Below are positions 60,513 to 64,000 of a stretch of 64,000 nt of DNA, piece by piece (the stretch's first letter is position 1; each line of letters opens with the position of its first letter). The position numbers were made by a program, and so were the translations under genes. The notes beneath the pieces are model-generated. The model saw only the letters and a program-made list of their open reading frames with translations, searched no databases and was not told the DNA's origin. This DNA is from Candidatus Scalinduaceae bacterium (GTDB lineage: Bacteria; Planctomycetota; Brocadiia; Brocadiales; Scalinduaceae): assembly GCA_046759445.1 (NCBI GenBank), contig JBHICG010000002.1, positions 1 to 64,000 on the forward strand, given 5' to 3'.

Positions 60513-61964
60513 ATGTCTATCCTTAACAAAGCAGAAATAGTAAATATTAAAAATGAAGATGATTGGATGGATGTTTTGTCTTCATGCGAAGGCCATTTAT
60601 CAATAAAAGACTACCCCAAGATATCTGAATATTTATCGAATAATATCAAGACAGTATTTATTGAAAAAGATTATATTGATAAAGATTTTCGAGATACATT
60701 TTATAACTTCTATTCAAAAAAATTCGCAGATTACCCCAACAAGGCTATTAGACTTCACTTTTTTACTACCCTTATTAGCAACGATGACATTTATGATTTA
60801 GACAAGTATCAAAACCATTATGTTGGTTTTATAGTTATAAGGCCTACAAGAATTAACACAATAGGTAGAACTATTTTAGATCCTTCTAAAATATCAAAAG
60901 CAGGCGGATATATTTGCTCTACAGATTATAAAGTCCATATTCTTGGTGCAGAATTAAATGTTAATGGGTTTCCTTACATAAGCCAAGACACAGACGTTAC
61001 TGTTTGTGCTCATGCCGCTTGTTGGATGGTTTTTAGATATTTCAGTGAAAGATATCCAACTTATGCAGAGATTTTACCGTTTAAGATTTCCCAATTAACA
61101 GAAAACCTTTCTTATGGCAGACTTGTTCCATCAAAGGGGTTATACCTTTCTCAAGTTGCAGAAATATTTTCAAAGTTCGGATTTTATCCTGAAATTTATA
61201 TTAAAGCTCAGTATCAAGATAATTTTGACAGGCTACTTTATTACTATATTGAATCGGGTTTGCCAGTAGTTGCTGGACTTAGCAGACATAATCATGCAAT
61301 AACAATCTTGGGCCATCTTTCTAATTATGAAAGATCTGTTTCAAATAACAGTGTAGAATATGTTGATGGTCTTATAATTAATGATAATAATCATCTCCCT
61401 TACCAAAAACTTTTAAGAAGTAATCTTAAAAAAGAAGGTTACTGTTCAAAGTATCACTTTGAAGATATAGATAGCTTTATCGTTCCCCTGTATGAAAAAA
61501 TTTACTTTTCTGCCGAATATGTTGATGCTATGGCGGAAGCTTTGTTAGATGACACACATTTTGGTATTAACGCTTTGTCTCAGCTTGTAAAGAAAAACAA
61601 CATTATAAAAAGAATATTTCTTACATCTTCTAAGTCCTATAAAATACAAAGAAGAAAACAAAATTTACCTTTTAATCTGTCATCGACATACTGTGGAATG
61701 AATATGCCAAAGTTTATTTGGGTATGTGAATTATCCACCTCAGAATTTTACTCAAAAGGTGAAATTATAGGTGAAATTATTTTTGATGCTACAGCAAACC
61801 ATATTGATACATTCTGTTTTTTGGTTATACATTACCCAGACTTTATAGTATTTAATGATAGAAATTATTTGACTTATAATCCAGAAAGGTTTATAAAGGG
61901 CACACTTAAAACAAAAGATTTGCTATCATATCAATTATATAAAAATAATCTAAAGGAGATATGA
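60513..61964 (+). CDS. Papain-fold (C39-like) cysteine protease domain protein
   Basis: PYISQDTDVTVCAHAACW (Gln..Cys), ESGLPVV, HAITILGH (His), IINDNN. Confidence 0.7.
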   Translation: MSILNKAEIVNIKNEDDWMDVLSSCEGHLSIKDYPKISEYLSNNIKTVFIEKDYIDKDFRDTFYNFYSKKFADYPNKAIRLHFFTTLISNDDIYDLDKYQNHYVGFIVIRPTRINTIGRTILDPSKISKAGGYICSTDYKVHILGAELNVNGFPYISQDTDVTVCAHAACWMVFRYFSERYPTYAEILPFKISQLTENLSYGRLVPSKGLYLSQVAEIFSKFGFYPEIYIKAQYQDNFDRLLYYYIESGLPVVAGLSRHNHAITILGHLSNYERSVSNNSVEYVDGLIINDNNHLPYQKLLRSNLKKEGYCSKYHFEDIDSFIVPLYEKIYFSAEYVDAMAEALLDDTHFGINALSQLVKKNNIIKRIFLTSSKSYKIQRRKQNLPFNLSSTYCGMNMPKFIWVCELSTSEFYSKGEIIGEIIFDATANHIDTFCFLVIHYPDFIVFNDRNYLTYNPERFIKGTLKTKDLLSYQLYKNNLKEI

Positions 61965-61965
61965 T

Positions 61966-62139
61966 ATGTCAATTATGAAATTTCCACCAATGGAAGAAAA
62001 AAAAGGATTTTTAGATACTAATGAAAAGGTTCATGAGGCTTGGTGTTCTTTAGAAAAAGCAACGGAGAAAGATTATAAGAAATACGATGAAGCGAAAAGG
62101 GCTGTACAAGAAATATCCCAAACTAAACTTTTAGACTAA
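61966..62139 (+). CDS. 57-aa hypothetical helical protein
   Basis: Not in the ORF track; AAGGAG RBS, starts 1 nt after the upstream stop; MSIMKFPPMEEKKGF...ISQTKLLD. Confidence 0.7.
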   Translation: MSIMKFPPMEEKKGFLDTNEKVHEAWCSLEKATEKDYKKYDEAKRAVQEISQTKLLD

Positions 62140-62256
62140 GATTAAAACGAAGAAATTATTTCCCATAAAATAACAGTTCGGTCTTACATTTAAATTAATC
62201 AACTCACTTCTCAAAGATTTCAATTGCTTGGTTTATGCTTATATCCCATCGTAAGA

Positions 62257-62272
62257 TTTTTAACGGTCGCTG
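62257..62272 (-). repeat. Module-boundary motif, copy C
   Basis: TTTTTAACGGTCGCTG followed by TTGTATATGCTC. Confidence 0.75.
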
Positions 62273-62329
62273 TTGTATATGCTCAGTAATTAAGTAACTC
62301 TTTTGGTATAATAAATCAAAAACATTTTT

Positions 62330-62525
62330 CTAAGACAGAATCATCCTTTCAACTTTGGTTTTTGCTGTTTTAATAATTTTTTTTGCTTCTTCTTGTAACT
62401 TTTCTGCATTTTGCATTCATTCATTAACTTCATCTACGATTTTTTGCTGAATATTTAGAGATGGGATTGGGATCTTGGTGGTATTCAATAATTCAACATT
62501 TACCCCTGACTGATTATTCCAATTT
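62330..62525 (-). pseudogene. Restriction-modification specificity subunit (HsdS-like) C-terminal remnant
   Basis: NQSGVNVELLNTTKIPIPSLNIQQKIVDEVNE*MQNAEKLQEEAKKII..KVERMIL with internal TGA at 62417-62419. Confidence 0.7.
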
Positions 62526-62866
62526 GTACATATAGTAAAAAATATCTTATGTTTTTGATATATATTTAGAATTATTGTTAAGTATTCTGGGCAAAATAGG
62601 GCCAATAAGAGAAAGGAAATAAATTACGTTTTTATTGCATAACATTTTACTTAAGCTAACTGTAAATTAGTCATACCTTTCAATATTTTATCTCCTTCCA
62701 TTCTACATTTCTTTACTGCAGTTAGGGTTCATTCTTCCAGCAATGTTTTTGTCTAAAATAATTTCTCTATCCAAGTTCTGTAAGTTCTTCAATTACTTTT
62801 AAGTCTGTATCTGTGGCTTCGTTAATATTTGGCATATTAATACACACTCATCTTTTTTGTTGAGGC

Positions 62867-63032
62867 TTACTTTTCTATGATATCTTCTGTGGTTGTGAAA
62901 ATAGCTCCAGCATCTTTCATTTCATTCAGTGCTTCTTCTACCCTCTTCGTTAACAGCCTTAATCGCATCTGTAACCAGTGAAACTTTGTACCCACGTCTT
63001 AGCAGTTCAAGGATGGCCACCTTAACACAAAA
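62867..63032 (-). pseudogene. Nicotinamidase/isochorismatase C-terminal remnant with frameshift
   Basis: FCVKVAILELLRRGYKVSLVTDAIKAV then a shift to EEALNEMKDAGAIFTTTEDII. Confidence 0.65.
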
Positions 63033-63130
63033 TTAATTAAGGAACCTAATTATATCCTTGCTGTCTTTTGTATGATAAATAATTATTACAATCGGTAAAT
63101 TATTTTTCGCTTCCACCTGAATAACCCTTT

Positions 63131-63346
63131 TTAATAGTTCTTGTTGTGACATTTATCGAGACGCTTCAAGAGCATTTTTTTGAATTCTTTTTCTGAAAGA
63201 TTCGGAAATCTCTTACGTAATCCATGAATAAAAAGTTTATTTGCAAATTCGGACAACTCAAATGCCTTAAGCAACCTCCTTTCAGGTGACATTTTACGAA
63301 GCACTTGAATGTATATCTTATGATTTGGACGTTCTTTAATATTCAT
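63131..63346 (-). CDS. Small hypothetical protein (type often found beside nucleotidyltransferase genes)
   Basis: LRKMSPERRL..AFELSE..GLRKRFPNLSE.E. Confidence 0.6.
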   Translation of the reverse strand: MNIKERPNHKIYIQVLRKMSPERRLLKAFELSEFANKLFIHGLRKRFPNLSEKEFKKMLLKRLDKCHNKNY

Positions 63347-63425
63347 ATTTGATAAAGTTCTTTTAAGGCTTCTTTTTCTCTTTCTTCACTAACAACTTTA
63401 ACTGTTCCACAATATTTTATCACTT

Positions 63426-63806
63426 CTATAACTGTTTTTTTAACCATTTTAGAACCTCTTTGCCTTTTTCAAATATTACCTTTGTTTTCTCTTTATCATA
63501 GTCTTTTAGCATCTTCTGGAGGTCGTCTGGATAATATGGGAAGATTCTCATCTTATTCAGGGCAGAAATAGTATCAGAAAATTCTTCAGGAAGCTTTAAG
63601 TGAACTTTTTCAATGAGATACGGTAGATTGTTTGTGTTTAAGGGTATTGCGTTGAATTTCTTCTGATAAAGCCCTTTAAGGGCTTTTTCAATGGAAAGAT
63701 GGCACAGAAATACGGCATAAAAATACCTTTCGGCCTTAAGCATATACTCGGCAGTATCCATATCGTAATCAGCCTGACTCAGCCATTCTTCAGGTTTTTT
63801 TGCCAT
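63426..63806 (-). CDS. HEPN domain protein
   Basis: EWLSQADYDMDTA..YAVFLCHLSIEKALKG..YPD; AGGAG RBS. Confidence 0.88.
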   Translation of the reverse strand: MAKKPEEWLSQADYDMDTAEYMLKAERYFYAVFLCHLSIEKALKGLYQKKFNAIPLNTNNLPYLIEKVHLKLPEEFSDTISALNKMRIFPYYPDDLQKMLKDYDKEKTKVIFEKGKEVLKWLKKQL

Positions 63807-64000
63807 ACTTACTCCTATCCCTTAGATTATGTGTATGTATATTTGCAAATCTTTTTTACAGTATCGCTCTACCGAAAAAGCGATTTTATAAAAAGCCCCG
63901 TTTATATAAGATTGTAATATACTTGTTTCGATTTGTAAACGCAGAGTTTTTGAGATGAGATTGCGAATAGATATGGCTATCTGGGATAATCTCTAAGACC

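Noticed and set aside
56074..62284. Boundary motif read as integron attC, Xer dif or CRISPR repeats
   Set aside because: No paired R''/R' boxes or hairpin, no XerD consensus, kb-scale irregular spacing, and no intI or cas genes in the window
63852..63871. TTTTTTACAGTATCGCTC as a fifth boundary-motif copy
   Set aside because: Too degenerate to distinguish from chance in AT-rich DNA

Overview
AT-rich bacterial chromosome segment. Gene content and protein styles (archaeal-type RtcB plus archease, Fhs, AhbA/AhbB, CxxCH cytochrome, long RpoD) suggest an anaerobe, most plausibly an anammox planctomycete of the Scalindua/Brocadiales type; this is inference only. Most of 15-51 kb is housekeeping: speD/speE, fhs, rplM/rpsI, rnpB, rpoD, dnaG, murD, proC, tmk, topA, ribF, tRNA-Phe, tsaD. 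The notable parts are: (1) a defence-like island at about 55.7-63.8 kb with a translationally coupled Ubl-E2-JAB-E1 (BilABCD-like) operon whose Ubl lacks a terminal glycine, a divergent CapH/CapP-like regulator pair with an in-frame amber stop in the peptidase, a papain-like protease plus 57-aa partner, and several gene remnants, the modules being separated by three direct copies of a TTTTTAACGGTCGYTG motif with a fourth copy at 10.96 kb; (2) an unrecognised compact operon at 51.0-53.0 kb (cytidine deaminase, 2TM-GAF protein, small ORF, 5'(3')-nucleotidase), a candidate nucleoside-signalling or nucleotide-depletion defence system; (3) a terminator/antiterminator leader before fhs that matches no riboswitch I recognise; (4) an IscS-like protein lacking the PLP lysine; (5) palindromic repeat mosaics around a DUF559 endonuclease lying between archease and rtcB.
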